Shown here one piece after another: positions 16,642-26,360 of a stretch of DNA of 37,569 nt. Below the pieces are notes generated by a model. The model worked only from the letters and a program-made list of their open reading frames with translations, was not told where the DNA came from and ran no database searches. The stretch comes from a virus (lineage: Duplodnaviria; Caudoviricetes). The stretch's first letter is position 1. Each line of letters begins with the position of its first letter. The stretch is taken from positions 1 through 37,569 of the IMG/VR virus record IMGVR_UViG_3300033565_000011. One strand, written 5' to 3'. The position numbers and the translations under genes were made by a program.

Positions 16642-16886
16642 TTACCGCTCCTCCGATCAGCCAGCGCCATCAGGGCCAACCCGGCGAGCAGCATGATGCC
16701 GCCAACCGACAAGCCCAGCGCCGTGGCAACGCTGCCAGCACCAACCAGGGCATAGTGAAGCGTAAAGCTGACGAACTGCCACGGATGGCCGTCGAACTTG
16801 TCGGGCGAAATATGAGCGATGACGCCGAGCGTCTTGTAGAGAACGAGCCCGGCAGCGGTGATGCAGAACATGGTTTCGAACATCAT
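16638..16886 (-). CDS. Small membrane protein (holin/antiholin-like)
   Basis: Two to three hydrophobic segments; ATGA-coupled on both sides within the lysis cassette. Confidence 0.6.
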   Translation of the reverse strand: MMFETMFCITAAGLVLYKTLGVIAHISPDKFDGHPWQFVSFTLHYALVGAGSVATALGLSVGGIMLLAGLALMALADRRSGK

Positions 16887-17242
16887 TGAGCCTCCACTTT
16901 GCGGCGGGCCCAGCCGATGACGACGGGCACCATGGTTGGACACAAGGCCCCGAGCGCCAGCGCCATGAGCAGGCGAAGCGGGCTGCCAGAAGCCAGTTCT
17001 GGCTGCGTCCCCGCCAGCCAGCCAGCGGCGACCGGAGCGCCATAACCAGCAAGCAAGGCAGAGAGAGCAACCGATGCGGCGGCTTTCTTGCGGTCATCAA
17101 TGGCCGGCAGCCAGAAGCTGATCAGGATGGCGGCGACCAGTCCGATCAGAAGAGCATCGGCCTGGGCTCCCATGACGGTGCCGGTGAGGCCGATGCCGGT
17201 TCCTATGATGATGCCGGCGGCGGTTGAGTTGGGCTCAGGCAT
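16883..17242 (-). CDS. Putative holin
   Basis: AAGGA RBS, several TM segments, basic C-terminus. Confidence 0.7.
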   Translation of the reverse strand: MPEPNSTAAGIIIGTGIGLTGTVMGAQADALLIGLVAAILISFWLPAIDDRKKAAASVALSALLAGYGAPVAAGWLAGTQPELASGSPLRLLMALALGALCPTMVPVVIGWARRKVEAQ

Positions 17243-17269
17243 GAAAATCCTTTCTGGTGACGCGTTTTG

Positions 17270-19186
17270 TCATACCGAATAACATCCAGAGATCATCAGA
17301 TACGCCACAGCATCATATGGAACGGCTGCAGGCGCCCCGCCACCACTAGGCAATTGAAAAATTCTTATTTGTGACTGATTCGGCTCGAAATTAGCCACTA
17401 GCTGATTGCCTGCTGTGATTGCCAGTGTATTTGCGCGGCTTATTGTGGCCCCAGGGTATGTGCTCGATCCGGCCACGTTGAACGGCAGACCACCAATCCA
17501 CAAATCTCCTGTCCCGGTCCCGGCGCTCCAATTGACATAAAGCTCCACAAATACCAAGCGGCCAATCTTTGTGTATCTGCCGTTTTGTACTGTGTAGGTT
17601 GCAGTGCCGGCAGTTGTTCCGCCGATAACTGTCGGCGTAAACGTACCCTCTGCGTAATCATCGAGTGTGTTCGGATCAGTGGATAGATTTGGGGTCGCTG
17701 GAAAAATTACCCCATTACCTCCTGCAAGCGGGTCTTGTCGTCCTAAAACAACCCGACCATCTCTTAGCCAAACGACGTTGGCCAAAGAACCTGCGACTTG
17801 CCCCGCAAAAGTCCCAACAAAGAAAGCCTTTACGCCTGCAGAAAGGTAAACTTGTTGCACGTTGTTAGTAACGCGGCTACCAATAATGGTGAGGGTTGGT
17901 GCCGCCGTGACGTTTGCCATATAAAGCACCGTTCCGGCCGAATCTCCGGGGATGATTTCGCATCCATCAATGACAAGGTGCGCGTTGTTGTTGCCGTCAA
18001 AATACAGGTTGTATTGCCCAGGGTTGCCTTCCATATGGCAGCCCTTCATCGTCACTAAACCCGCATTCGTAAATTCTGCAACCTTCACACCATCAGCGAT
18101 GGACCCGGCAAGATTATTCCCCTCAAGCTCGCATGCAGTGAATGTCATCGCCCCATTTGGAAAATTTATCATTCGACAGGTTCGGTCGTTGTCGAAAGCC
18201 TTGATCCGCGTGAAGTGCAGGTCATTTGGCGCAAATTCAATGCCATCTGGCTCGAACTGCATCGGCATGAATGTGCTGTAAATGTTGATGTCTGAATAGT
18301 GGCTTATCAGGTTGCCGAACCCATGCAGGCCGATATAGACGCCAGTAATCGACAAGTTTTCGACTTTGACGCCTGCCCCTCGCTGCGCCTTTACACCGAC
18401 AGATGACGTATTTGCTTTACCAGGACCGACCAACGAGAACCCATGCACGTAAGCGTTCATGCGCACCTGTGGCGGGGTATCGGGAACGCGGCAATTTATA
18501 GAGATAATCGGCGCATTTGCCGTACTGGTTATCTTTGTCTGATTCCCGGCGAATTCGATACCCTCCCCGAAATTGCCGTGAATGTTGATTGACCCTGATA
18601 CTTTGTATGCAACCGCTGGAGCTTCAACACGTTTCGCCAATCCAAGCTTTGCGTGTGCGAACGCGGCGGTAAAAGCGTACAAAACATCCACCGATCCGGG
18701 CGCAAGATAGTTAGCCGTCCGGTCAGCGTCAGACATGAAATCATCAACGCTGACAGTGCGACGAAGCATTTCCTCAACATCCGTAGCGACTGCGCCTGCT
18801 CCGGACGGGACAAATCCGATCAGGGATGATCCGGATGATGCGGCCAATGAAGCCTGCAACGCCACCGCAGACCCAGATGTTTGCGCCGCAGCAGCCGCCG
18901 CAACAGCAATGTCCTTATTCGTTGCTACCGTTGCCGCATTGGCTGCCACGGCAGTTGCCTGTGTCGAAGCCGTCGAAGCGCTGGATGCCGCCGACGTGGC
19001 GCTGGTCGCTGCAGCGGTCGCGCTGGATGCTGCTGCCGTGGCATTTGAATTGACTTCAGCCGCCAGCGCATTGGCTTCGTCAACAAAATCCGGCAAGGCA
19101 GCAATGAGCGCATCCCCCCTGGCGGCGAAGCTGGCGGGGTCTTGACGGGTCGGTACTGGCGTGGGCAGAGCGGTGATTGTGGTCAT
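17270..19186 (-). CDS. Tail spike/fibre with pectate-lyase-like beta-helix (receptor binding/depolymerase)
   Basis: N-terminal anchor, Ala/Ser-rich stalk, VSVDDF followed by beta-helix-like repeats, C-terminal LDDYAEGTFTP...YTKIGRLV domain; lower GC. Confidence 0.8.
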   Translation of the reverse strand: MTTITALPTPVPTRQDPASFAARGDALIAALPDFVDEANALAAEVNSNATAAASSATAAATSATSAASSASTASTQATAVAANAATVATNKDIAVAAAAAAQTSGSAVALQASLAASSGSSLIGFVPSGAGAVATDVEEMLRRTVSVDDFMSDADRTANYLAPGSVDVLYAFTAAFAHAKLGLAKRVEAPAVAYKVSGSINIHGNFGEGIEFAGNQTKITSTANAPIISINCRVPDTPPQVRMNAYVHGFSLVGPGKANTSSVGVKAQRGAGVKVENLSITGVYIGLHGFGNLISHYSDINIYSTFMPMQFEPDGIEFAPNDLHFTRIKAFDNDRTCRMINFPNGAMTFTACELEGNNLAGSIADGVKVAEFTNAGLVTMKGCHMEGNPGQYNLYFDGNNNAHLVIDGCEIIPGDSAGTVLYMANVTAAPTLTIIGSRVTNNVQQVYLSAGVKAFFVGTFAGQVAGSLANVVWLRDGRVVLGRQDPLAGGNGVIFPATPNLSTDPNTLDDYAEGTFTPTVIGGTTAGTATYTVQNGRYTKIGRLVFVELYVNWSAGTGTGDLWIGGLPFNVAGSSTYPGATISRANTLAITAGNQLVANFEPNQSQIRIFQLPSGGGAPAAVPYDAVAYLMISGCYSV

Positions 19187-20067
19187 TAAATGAGCCCTTC
19201 AATGTTTATGGTGCAGTAGCTGATTTGGGGGTAAGTTATGTCGACCTGAAAGTCCCGATAGAAGCCATAGATCACCATCGACGAGTAGCGGTCTGATCCG
19301 ATCCATATAGCCGGAACGGCGCGCATGTCGGCGAGCGCGTCATAAACCCGATCCAGTTCGGTATTTTCAAAAATGAGGCGGGCACCCAGCCGCTTGGAAT
19401 AGGCGCGGCGGACCAGCGTTGTATTGCCGAACGCATCCGTGTTTTTGACAGAAAAGTCGTTGATGCCCATCGATGGGCCGGGCACTGTGCCGCCCAGATC
19501 GGCCTGCATGCCGAAGACCAGCACGCCGACGTAGGGCGTGCCGGGGCTGGCCGTGAAGGTGACGGTGATTTCGGCGTCGCCATAGATCGGCAGGTCGGTG
19601 ATGACAAGGTAGTTCTGCGGCTTGATCGGCTCGAAGAAATACTGATACCAGTCTGTGATGCTCGGCGAGTCGATCAGCGACACGGTTTTCGAATAGACCG
19701 ATTCCGACGCGACCACCATGTCGACCGCAACCGTCGCCGCATTGACGTTGACCATGGCAATCGCATCGCACCGCCCTGGCTTGACCGTGACAGAAAACGT
19801 GTTGGTTTCGCTGCTCGTCGTCCAGACCTTTTCGTCGAACATCGACCAGCGATTGGTCGGGCCAAGATCACGCCACCAGGTCGGCGATGTTTCCGGTTCA
19901 TGGTTGGCGTTCGCGGCCTGTAGCGACTCCCAGCGCTTGTGTGCCTTGATGACTTTGTCGGCTAGGGCATATGTGGTGCCGGATGACCATGCCGGGTGAT
20001 CGGTTTCAGGGATCGTGCAGCTGATCAGCTCGGCGTCGCCGATTGTGTTTGGGCGGACGACTATCAT
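19186..20067 (-). CDS. Tail tip protein (distal tail/hub-like)
   Basis: Follows the tape measure gene; contains a WSSGTTY...W carbohydrate-binding-like insert. Confidence 0.65.
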   Translation of the reverse strand: MIVVRPNTIGDAELISCTIPETDHPAWSSGTTYALADKVIKAHKRWESLQAANANHEPETSPTWWRDLGPTNRWSMFDEKVWTTSSETNTFSVTVKPGRCDAIAMVNVNAATVAVDMVVASESVYSKTVSLIDSPSITDWYQYFFEPIKPQNYLVITDLPIYGDAEITVTFTASPGTPYVGVLVFGMQADLGGTVPGPSMGINDFSVKNTDAFGNTTLVRRAYSKRLGARLIFENTELDRVYDALADMRAVPAIWIGSDRYSSMVIYGFYRDFQVDITYPQISYCTINIEGLI

Positions 20068-23000
20068 GCGGCCACCCGCGTTTCCGGCAGGCCGTCGACG
20101 TCGAATTTATCGAGCATGCGGGCTGTCTTGTTGGTGTTGCTGGCGATGGCCGCATGGCCGGCGCGGACTTCGGCACGGAGCTGGGCGATCTCGTTCAGTA
20201 GGTTGGTCATGGCTTCCGTCATGTTTCCGCCGCCGCCGAGCAGCGCCGAGGTATTGGCCGACGACAGGATGGTGCTGGGGCCGGTGAATTCCAGCTCCGG
20301 GCCATATTCCCCGACCAGCCGCATGCCGCCGCTGTGATAGCCGCCGCTGGCAAAACTTGGCCCTGTCCAGGCGCCGTATTTGGCGAGCATGTACGAGCGG
20401 AAGGCGCTGGAAATGCCGGCCAGCGTGTAGGGGTTGTCGTTCTGGCTGAAGGTGTAGCCATTGCCGGATCCATCGATCAACAGCCCCATGGATTCGCTGA
20501 TGCGCTGCATGGTGCCGGCAGCGGTCTGCACCGATGCGCCGATGGCCGTGCCGGCGAAGAACTGCGCCCAATCGGTCGCGGCTTGCTGGTAATTGGCGAC
20601 CACCGCAGGCGCTTGACCGCCACCAAGCTGGTCGAGAATGGCTTGCAGGGTTACCAGTTGCTGATTGGCGACGGTGAGCTGCGATTCGGCGATGGGAATC
20701 TGACGATTCGACACGCCGATAACCTGATCGACCGTGGCCAGAACGCCGGCCACATCGGCGGCATAGCTTCCGGCTGTGCCGATTTCCAGCGCCGCACTGA
20801 GAAAGTCCTGCGCGACGCCCTGCAAGCTGCTTGCCGCATCGACATTGCCCAGGCGCGCCAGCGCTGCTGTGCTTTCGTATTTGGCGCGGGTGCTGTTGTA
20901 GCGCATTTGCGGCGAGCCGGCCGTGTCCGAGCTGGCCAGAAGGCTGTCTCGATAGGCGGTCAGGCCGCTGCTGATGGTCTTGAAAGAATCAATCAGCGCC
21001 GATGCGGATGCTGCCGCAACGCTGGCCTCGTTCATCTGTGCCGAAATGGCGGCCTGCTGTGCCTTGCGCTGCGCGGCGTAATAGGCGCCGATCTGCGCGG
21101 CCTGCATTTCGCGGCTGGCCGTTATCATGGCGCCAGCGGCTGCGGCGGCATCTTCGAGCGTGGGGGTCAGTGCGGCGAAGGCGCCTTGCACGCTCATGAG
21201 CGCCTGGAAGGTGCTGCGCCCGCCTTCGGTACTCAGGTCGAGCGAATCAACCAGGCTGCGGAAGCCTTGCCGGGTGGTCGGCATGGTCTTGCCGATTTGC
21301 TCGAAAGCTTTGGCCATGTCGCGCCAGCCCTGCGCCGCTTGCTCCTGACCGGTGTAGAAGTTGGCGAAGTAGGCAGAGAACGAGGCGTTAAAGTTTTCGA
21401 TGGAGCCGAACAGGGAAACAAACGCATCGGAGGCCTTGAGGATGCCGTCGACGTTGTTGTTGCCGAAAACGCCGGTCATCGTCTTGCCCATGAGCTCGAC
21501 GACGCGGCCAACCGCATTGACTTCCGTCAGGATGCGCTGGAATGCGGCGACCCACGTTTCTCCCGACTTCCGGAGCGCGCTGATAGAGGGCGTCAGGATG
21601 TTGCTGATCGCTTCGAGCAGGCCATTCGCGGCGCTATCAGCAACGACCTTCATGTCGGTGCTGGCGACGTTGAAGTTATAGACGAAGCCCTGCAGCTTGG
21701 CGGCCAGCGTCGTGTCGTTGAAGGTTTCGCCGAGCATGATGAAGGAGTTGCGAACGCCGCGATAAAGCGTGTCCATCACGCTATCGACTTCGGCCGGTAG
21801 CGCGAACCAGTCCGTCCACTCCCGGCTGCCGCTAAACAGGCCGCCCGACTTCTTCATGTTGATGCCGTAGCCGCCCGAGAACCCCTGTCCGGCTTCGCTG
21901 AATGCGCCGGCAGTTTGCGATCCTGTCTGGTATTTCTTGCCGAACAGCGCGCCCTGAATGGCGTAGTGAATCTGGGCTGACAGCGAGCCGCCACCCATGA
22001 TGGCGTAAAACTGGCTATCAACGAACCCATCACCGAAGATTGCGCGGGCTGGCTCGTCGTGCATGCGGCGGATGTTGACCTCAGCGTCCCACATCGCTAC
22101 ATCGTCCTGCTTGGCGTAGTTTTCCCAGCGGATGCCCGCTTTCCAGGCTTCGGATGACATCCACATGCCAGCGATGATGGCGGCAACCCAGGCGACGGTT
22201 GAGACCCCTGCTGCAGCACCGGAGCCGGCTGACCCGCCCGCCGCGCTGCCACTGGATGCAGCCGTACCGTAGGCGCCATTGGTAGCGAGCAGGCCATCGA
22301 TGCCCGTTCCGGCTGCATTGGCATAAACGGTGCCCAGCGCATTGGCTGTGCTCATGCTGCCACCCGCCCATTGCGCCAGAATGCCGGCGTTGCTGTAGGC
22401 GGTATAGGCAGATGACAGGTTGTTTGCGGCGCCCAGAACACTGCCCATGCTTGACCCGCTTGATCGGCTGAAGGTCGTTCCGAGCGCAGCATCGGCCACC
22501 GTTGCCAACAGACTGCCGCCCGTGCTCATGGTCGCATTGACTATGACGCGGATAATCAGCGTTTTGAGCGACGCTTTGAGCGAGTCGACAAAGTTCTGGC
22601 CAAATGATTTGCCGCTGTCAAATCCGCGCATGAGTGCGTCCGTGAGCGACCTGTTGATGTCGTCGCCGACCTTTTCCCATTCACGGGCAGAGGCTTCGGC
22701 GGCGCGCTTGTTGGTGTCGAGGAATTCTTTCTGGCTGGCGGCACCAGCGATGCGCTTGCGCAGTTCTATTTCGCGGTCCAGAAACGCCAGATTTTCCGCG
22801 TTTGCCCCGTTTGCCTCGGCGATAACGCGCGCCTCCTCGATGCGGGCGACGATGGTTTCCTGAATTGCGGACTCGGTCATGCCGTAGTGGCGGACCTGCC
22901 GTTCAAGCGACTGGGCCTGCTTTTCAAGCGGATCGAGGGCGGCATTCAATGCCTTGGCGTAATCCTCCTGCTGCTTGGCGATGGTTTCGAGTTCTTTAGC

Positions 23001-24221
23001 CGCTTCCTTGCTCATGCGGGCCATTTCGTCGAGGCGCAGATCGGCCAGTGCCTTGGCGGCTTTTTCGGCTGAGTCGCCGGCCTTGCCAAGCGCGCCAGAC
23101 AGATCAACCACGCCTTTTGACGACGCGGTTGATTCGGTGCCGATGGCGGCGATCTTGCCGGCAAGCACGTCCGAAAACAGCGGATTGTTTGCCCTATTTG
23201 CGGAAAGCCGGGCATCCAGCGAGGCGTAAAAGGCTTTTGACTCTTCTTCGAGCAGCTTGATGGCGGCAGCCTTGTCAGACATTGACCCGCTGCCGAACGC
23301 GATGCCGCCAAGCGCGCCAATGTTCGAGATGTTTCGACCGAGTCTTTCCAGCGGCGTGGCAAGCTCGATGGCAATCTTGCCGATTAACTGCAGCTCATCA
23401 ACAACAAAGCCGGCCGCCTTTGCCGCGCTGATGGCCCATTCTTTGAGCGTGCCGTCGCTTGCCATTTCCTCGACGGCTTTTTTCGTGCCGTTCGCGGCTT
23501 GCGCAGTTTCCAGCAATGCCTGGACAAAAAGGTCTGCAACCGGCACGACTTCCATCGCCACGGTATTGACCCACGCCTTATGCACCAGCGACAGGCGGGT
23601 GATGTTGTCGTTGAGGCTGTCGGCGGCAGCGGCCTGCGCGGCGGTTACTTTGACCTGTAGCTCGCCAGCGACGGCCAGATCGTTGAGGAATGGCAGCAAC
23701 TGGGCGCCGGATTTGCCAAGGACGAGCTGAGCGGCGGCGGCGCGCTCGCTGGCGTTGCCGATGCCTTGCAGGCTTTTGGCAAACTCGACCATGACCTGAT
23801 CGGAGGTTTTCAGCTTGCCGGCGCTGTCGGTGACGGAGACGCCCAGCACCTTGAGCACTTCGCCGGCTTTTCCGGTGCCCTGCGCCGCCTCGACCATGTT
23901 CTTCGAGAGCTTGGCGAGGCCGCCGGCAACCTGCTCCATGTCGGCGCCCGCCAGCTTGGCGACGCCCTTCATGGCGGATAGCGACTCGACACTGGCGCCA
24001 GACTGCTGCGCCAGATCGTGCAATGATTCGGCGGAATCGATGGCGCCCTTGATCAGCCCGGTAAAGGCGGTGGCGCCGGCCAGCGCGGCGAATCCGGTGA
24101 GGATGCCGCCAACCCTGCTGGCCTGCTGCCCGAGCCCATCCAGCCCGGCCTGCGCGGACTTGAGCGCGGCACCGGTCTGATCGACGGCGGTGATGACGAT
24201 GGATGTTTTGTTATCTGACAT
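20064..24221 (-). CDS. Tail tape measure protein
   Basis: 1385 aa, Ala-rich and helical; C-terminal FASGG...VGEYGPE motif; follows the chaperone genes. Confidence 0.92.
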   Translation of the reverse strand: MSDNKTSIVITAVDQTGAALKSAQAGLDGLGQQASRVGGILTGFAALAGATAFTGLIKGAIDSAESLHDLAQQSGASVESLSAMKGVAKLAGADMEQVAGGLAKLSKNMVEAAQGTGKAGEVLKVLGVSVTDSAGKLKTSDQVMVEFAKSLQGIGNASERAAAAQLVLGKSGAQLLPFLNDLAVAGELQVKVTAAQAAAADSLNDNITRLSLVHKAWVNTVAMEVVPVADLFVQALLETAQAANGTKKAVEEMASDGTLKEWAISAAKAAGFVVDELQLIGKIAIELATPLERLGRNISNIGALGGIAFGSGSMSDKAAAIKLLEEESKAFYASLDARLSANRANNPLFSDVLAGKIAAIGTESTASSKGVVDLSGALGKAGDSAEKAAKALADLRLDEMARMSKEAAKELETIAKQQEDYAKALNAALDPLEKQAQSLERQVRHYGMTESAIQETIVARIEEARVIAEANGANAENLAFLDREIELRKRIAGAASQKEFLDTNKRAAEASAREWEKVGDDINRSLTDALMRGFDSGKSFGQNFVDSLKASLKTLIIRVIVNATMSTGGSLLATVADAALGTTFSRSSGSSMGSVLGAANNLSSAYTAYSNAGILAQWAGGSMSTANALGTVYANAAGTGIDGLLATNGAYGTAASSGSAAGGSAGSGAAAGVSTVAWVAAIIAGMWMSSEAWKAGIRWENYAKQDDVAMWDAEVNIRRMHDEPARAIFGDGFVDSQFYAIMGGGSLSAQIHYAIQGALFGKKYQTGSQTAGAFSEAGQGFSGGYGINMKKSGGLFSGSREWTDWFALPAEVDSVMDTLYRGVRNSFIMLGETFNDTTLAAKLQGFVYNFNVASTDMKVVADSAANGLLEAISNILTPSISALRKSGETWVAAFQRILTEVNAVGRVVELMGKTMTGVFGNNNVDGILKASDAFVSLFGSIENFNASFSAYFANFYTGQEQAAQGWRDMAKAFEQIGKTMPTTRQGFRSLVDSLDLSTEGGRSTFQALMSVQGAFAALTPTLEDAAAAAGAMITASREMQAAQIGAYYAAQRKAQQAAISAQMNEASVAAASASALIDSFKTISSGLTAYRDSLLASSDTAGSPQMRYNSTRAKYESTAALARLGNVDAASSLQGVAQDFLSAALEIGTAGSYAADVAGVLATVDQVIGVSNRQIPIAESQLTVANQQLVTLQAILDQLGGGQAPAVVANYQQAATDWAQFFAGTAIGASVQTAAGTMQRISESMGLLIDGSGNGYTFSQNDNPYTLAGISSAFRSYMLAKYGAWTGPSFASGGYHSGGMRLVGEYGPELEFTGPSTILSSANTSALLGGGGNMTEAMTNLLNEIAQLRAEVRAGHAAIASNTNKTARMLDKFDVDGLPETRVAA

Positions 24222-24555
24222 TAGCTTTTCGTCTGAACACGTCCAGGGCTTCGTTTTCCATCACTCTCAGGCCGGCGAAACAGTCGGCCCGCTCGTCGTT
24301 TTCAACTGCCATCAAATCCAGCACGGGCGGCAGCGCGGCGTAATCCAGCCCGGTTGGGCCATTCATGCCGACGCGCCACTGGGTCTGCATGGCGGAAAAC
24401 ACTTCAACCGACGCCCAGTTTTCAGGCCATACCGGCAGGATTGATTCACCACGCATCTGGTCCCAGTTTTCCTGCGGGATGCCCATGGCAGAGAGCAGCC
24501 CGACGTCGTCTTCATCGCCACCCACCATGCGGCGGGCGGCGTCCTTTAGTTTTTT
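24211..24555 (-). CDS. Tail assembly chaperone GT extension (DUF1799-like), reached by -1 frameshift
   Basis: VWPENW...TQWRVGMNGPTGLDY motif; slippery A AAA AAC at 24555-24549 just before the chaperone stop. Confidence 0.8.
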   Translation of the reverse strand, partial: KKLKDAARRMVGGDEDDVGLLSAMGIPQENWDQMRGESILPVWPENWASVEVFSAMQTQWRVGMNGPTGLDYAALPPVLDLMAVENDERADCFAGLRVMENEALDVFRRKANVR

Positions 24556-24860
24556 CTTCGTGCCTCCAGCAGCGATTCGCGGAAGGCGGAGAAGATGGCC
24601 AGGCCGCTGCCGGGGAACATGTCGAGACACTGGGCCAGCGCGTCGTCCGAGAAATCGACGCCGGGGTAGGTCCATTCGACGACGATCTCCTTGACGGCGG
24701 CGTCGAAGTCGATGGCGCCTTCGGACATCTTCTTCAGCAGCTCGTCCAGTTGCGTGCGGCTGCGGTGCTTGAAGGTGAACAGCACGCCCTCGGCTTTTTC
24801 GCCGGGGATCGGAATGTGCACCAGCGTTTTAAAAGTGGGGTTGGGTTGAAGTTTGAACAT
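24546..24860 (-). CDS. Tail assembly chaperone (gpG-like)
   Basis: MFKLQPNPTF...ARRKN signature; between tail tube and tape measure genes. Confidence 0.85.
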   Translation of the reverse strand: MFKLQPNPTFKTLVHIPIPGEKAEGVLFTFKHRSRTQLDELLKKMSEGAIDFDAAVKEIVVEWTYPGVDFSDDALAQCLDMFPGSGLAIFSAFRESLLEARRKN

Positions 24861-24956
24861 GGCCTGATTCCTTGGTGGTGGCCTGATGGGGAGCGGCGGG
24901 CATCGCGTCAGGCCGGCGCGATGTGAGGCTCATGACCCCTGCCCGCCGCAAACTCG

Positions 24957-25595
24957 TTACGAGGCGTAGAAGGACGGACGACCGAATCCGGAGATCTTGA
25001 ACGGCGAGGTGACCTTGCCGCCGGCCTGGCCGGTCGGGTTGCCGGCGTAGCCCGGATAGCCCGTAAACACCCACTTCGAACCGTCGGAAAACTGGATCTT
25101 CATGGCGCGCAGGACGCGGCCTTCGGAGGCGTTCTTCATGGCGACCTGGCCGGCGTCGGCCGGGTCCCAGTTGAAGTTGCCGGAACATTCGACAGCCGAG
25201 GCAGCGCCCGGAATGGTCTTCTTCGTGACGTCGTGGATGGTGGTGATGTCGATCATTTCGAAATCGCCGCCGGACGTGGAGAAGTCACCCATGGAGCTGA
25301 AGGTGAAGCCGAAGGTGATGGCCTGCGCCGAGCCGCTGCTGAAGGTGTCGAAACTGGTTGAGTCAACGCCCTCAAGCTCGAAGGTATTGGCCGTGACGTT
25401 GGCGACGCGCACCGTCTTGGTGTCGAGTTGCCACATGCCCAGGGCGGTGACGACGAGGTAATCGCCGTTGGCAAAGCCGTGGGCGGTAGAGGTGGCGACG
25501 GCCGGGTTGGCCTTGGTGACGCCGGTGATGGTTTTTGCCGAGCCAAGCGCGGATTGCATCGCAACTTGAACATTGGTCCAGGTTTTTGTTGCCAT
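24957..25595 (-). CDS. Major tail tube protein
   Basis: Beta-rich 212 aa protein with strong GGAG RBS in the canonical position. Confidence 0.85.
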   Translation of the reverse strand: MATKTWTNVQVAMQSALGSAKTITGVTKANPAVATSTAHGFANGDYLVVTALGMWQLDTKTVRVANVTANTFELEGVDSTSFDTFSSGSAQAITFGFTFSSMGDFSTSGGDFEMIDITTIHDVTKKTIPGAASAVECSGNFNWDPADAGQVAMKNASEGRVLRAMKIQFSDGSKWVFTGYPGYAGNPTGQAGGKVTSPFKISGFGRPSFYAS

Positions 25596-25607
25596 TTGAG
25601 TTACTCC

Positions 25608-26012
25608 TTAAGCGGAAACGCCGGGGTTTCCGGCCGGGGTGAAATACAAGGTTTCAAAATTGAGGCGAACGGAGCCAACCGGCCGCTCTAGAGAATCGTC
25701 AAAATCGACTTCGATCTGCCGCAGGACGTAGCCGGCAGCGCACAGGGCGCCTTCGACTTCGGCGGCGATCTGGTCAAGAACGTCGTCGAGCGTGGCGCCG
25801 CCTTTGGCGTAGCCGGTGACAGAAATGCTCAGAAGGCGATCCAGCGGGCCGACCGATACCGCATCGATCTGCTCGTCGTTGGTGGCAACCAGCAGGCACG
25901 GCAGCGCATCCTGCGGCGCCATGCGTGAGGCAAAGACGCGGGCGCCCGTACTGGGCAAACCCGTGACCAGCGTCACGATGTCGTTTCTGATGACGGTGCG
26001 GCGGTGTGTCAT
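25608..26012 (-). CDS. Tail terminator (gpU-like)
   Basis: Size, position before the tail tube and LDQIAAEVEGAL motif. Confidence 0.7.
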   Translation of the reverse strand: MTHRRTVIRNDIVTLVTGLPSTGARVFASRMAPQDALPCLLVATNDEQIDAVSVGPLDRLLSISVTGYAKGGATLDDVLDQIAAEVEGALCAAGYVLRQIEVDFDDSLERPVGSVRLNFETLYFTPAGNPGVSA

Positions 26013-26278
26013 GCGTCCTCCAGCCTTAACTGGGTGACGCCCGTGCCATCCGGCTGCACGCCGGTCACGATGTAGGACGCGGCCGAAATGATGACGGTGT
26101 CTCCACGGCTGACCGGGACGGATGACAGCAGATGCAGAACAGGGCTGGTGCCGTCGATCATGCCGGAAAAGGCATTGGCGAAGCCGTTGTCGAAAATCCC
26201 GCGCGCCGGCATGCCGGCGACAGTGACGTCAATGGCGAAGTCGGTGAAGAAGAGAGAGAGGTCGCTGGCGAAATCCAT
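26009..26278 (-). CDS. Head-tail joining protein (gpFII-like)
   Basis: 89 aa, ending GDTV...PDGTGVTQLRL. Confidence 0.75.
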   Translation of the reverse strand: MDFASDLSLFFTDFAIDVTVAGMPARGIFDNGFANAFSGMIDGTSPVLHLLSSVPVSRGDTVIISAASYIVTGVQPDGTGVTQLRLEDA

Positions 26279-26285
26279 GGCATGA

Positions 26286-26329
26286 ATGATGGATTTCAGG
26301 GGCCGTACAAACTAGGCAAAAAAGTTTCG
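26286..26329 (-). promoter_or_regulatory. Late promoter 3 (21-bp box, 17 bp, CATCAT, 7 bp, ATG)
   Basis: Box CGAAACTTTTTTGCCTAGTTT at 26329-26309 is identical to two other intergenic copies. Confidence 0.75.
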
Positions 26330-26360
26330 CGGGTGGATACGTTTGCACAACACCGACGGA

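Noticed and set aside
17270-19186. Diversity-generating retroelement or tail-fibre shufflon
   Set aside because: No reverse transcriptase, template/variable repeat pair, inverted fibre cassettes or crossover repeats were seen by eye; a self dot-plot would be decisive.
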